This document shows, piece after piece, positions 56,964 to 57,010 of a DNA stretch of 57,010 nt. The stretch is taken from NCBI GenBank assembly GCA_043797265.1, contig JAZDPV010000002.1, positions 1-57,010 on the forward strand, read 5' to 3'. Position 1 is the stretch's first letter; each line of letters starts with the position of its first letter. The position numbers were made by a program, and so were the translations under genes. Under the pieces are notes generated by a model. It was not told where the DNA came from. It saw nothing but the letters and a program-made list of their open reading frames with translations, and did no database searches. This stretch comes from an archaeon. Lineage in GTDB: Archaea; Nanobdellota; Nanobdellia; Pacearchaeales; GW2011-AR1.

Positions 56964-57010
56964 TCCTCCCTCTGCTCCTTGGTGTGCTTTCCGGAACCCT
57001 AACAGGCCTC

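Noticed and set aside
56962-57010. GC-richer tail at the window edge, possibly the end of an ncRNA (SRP or RNase P)
   Set aside because: Too short, with no diagnostic motif; sequence beyond the window is needed.
1-57010. Alternative genetic code or stop-codon reassignment
   Set aside because: Conserved genes end normally at TAA, TAG and TGA, and the gene breaks are frameshifts rather than in-frame stops.

Overview
This 57 kb window looks like chromosome from a small-genome DPANN archaeon (Pacearchaeota/Woesearchaeota-like). That placement is inferred from gene content: archaeal TFB, e-type ribosomal proteins, GINS, RadA, RPA, a split Hef/XPF, and truncated S3Ae/S15. It carries information-processing genes and five tRNAs (Leu-TAG, Val-GAC, Thr-TGT, Gln-TTG, Arg-GCG). 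A large archaeal type IV pilus/secretion-like locus (prepilin peptidase, about 11 class III signal-peptide proteins, TadC-like platform, ATPase) has two GxxExxY nuclease genes flanking its ATPase. Two giant Cys-rich secreted proteins (about 1727 and 1556 aa) are also present. The least explained signal is a dense population of very short non-autonomous repeat elements. (i) Hairpin cassettes are inserted with 12-27 bp direct duplications at the ends of three tRNA genes, at the 3' end of the UDG gene and upstream of RPA, sometimes iterated into mini-arrays. (ii) A triple ~10-bp repeat sits at the 3' side of both GxxExxY genes, with four orphan copies, all in one orientation. (iii) There are many GAA/TTC-triloop mini-hairpins, including a variable-hairpin array and a covarying two-hairpin element. 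(iv) 7-bp tandem arrays are translated in frame inside core proteins. No transposase, integrase, reverse transcriptase or cas gene was recognised. The + strand is strongly C/A-rich whatever the gene orientation, and several single-base frameshifts may be assembly errors. All calls are by eye; no database searches were run.
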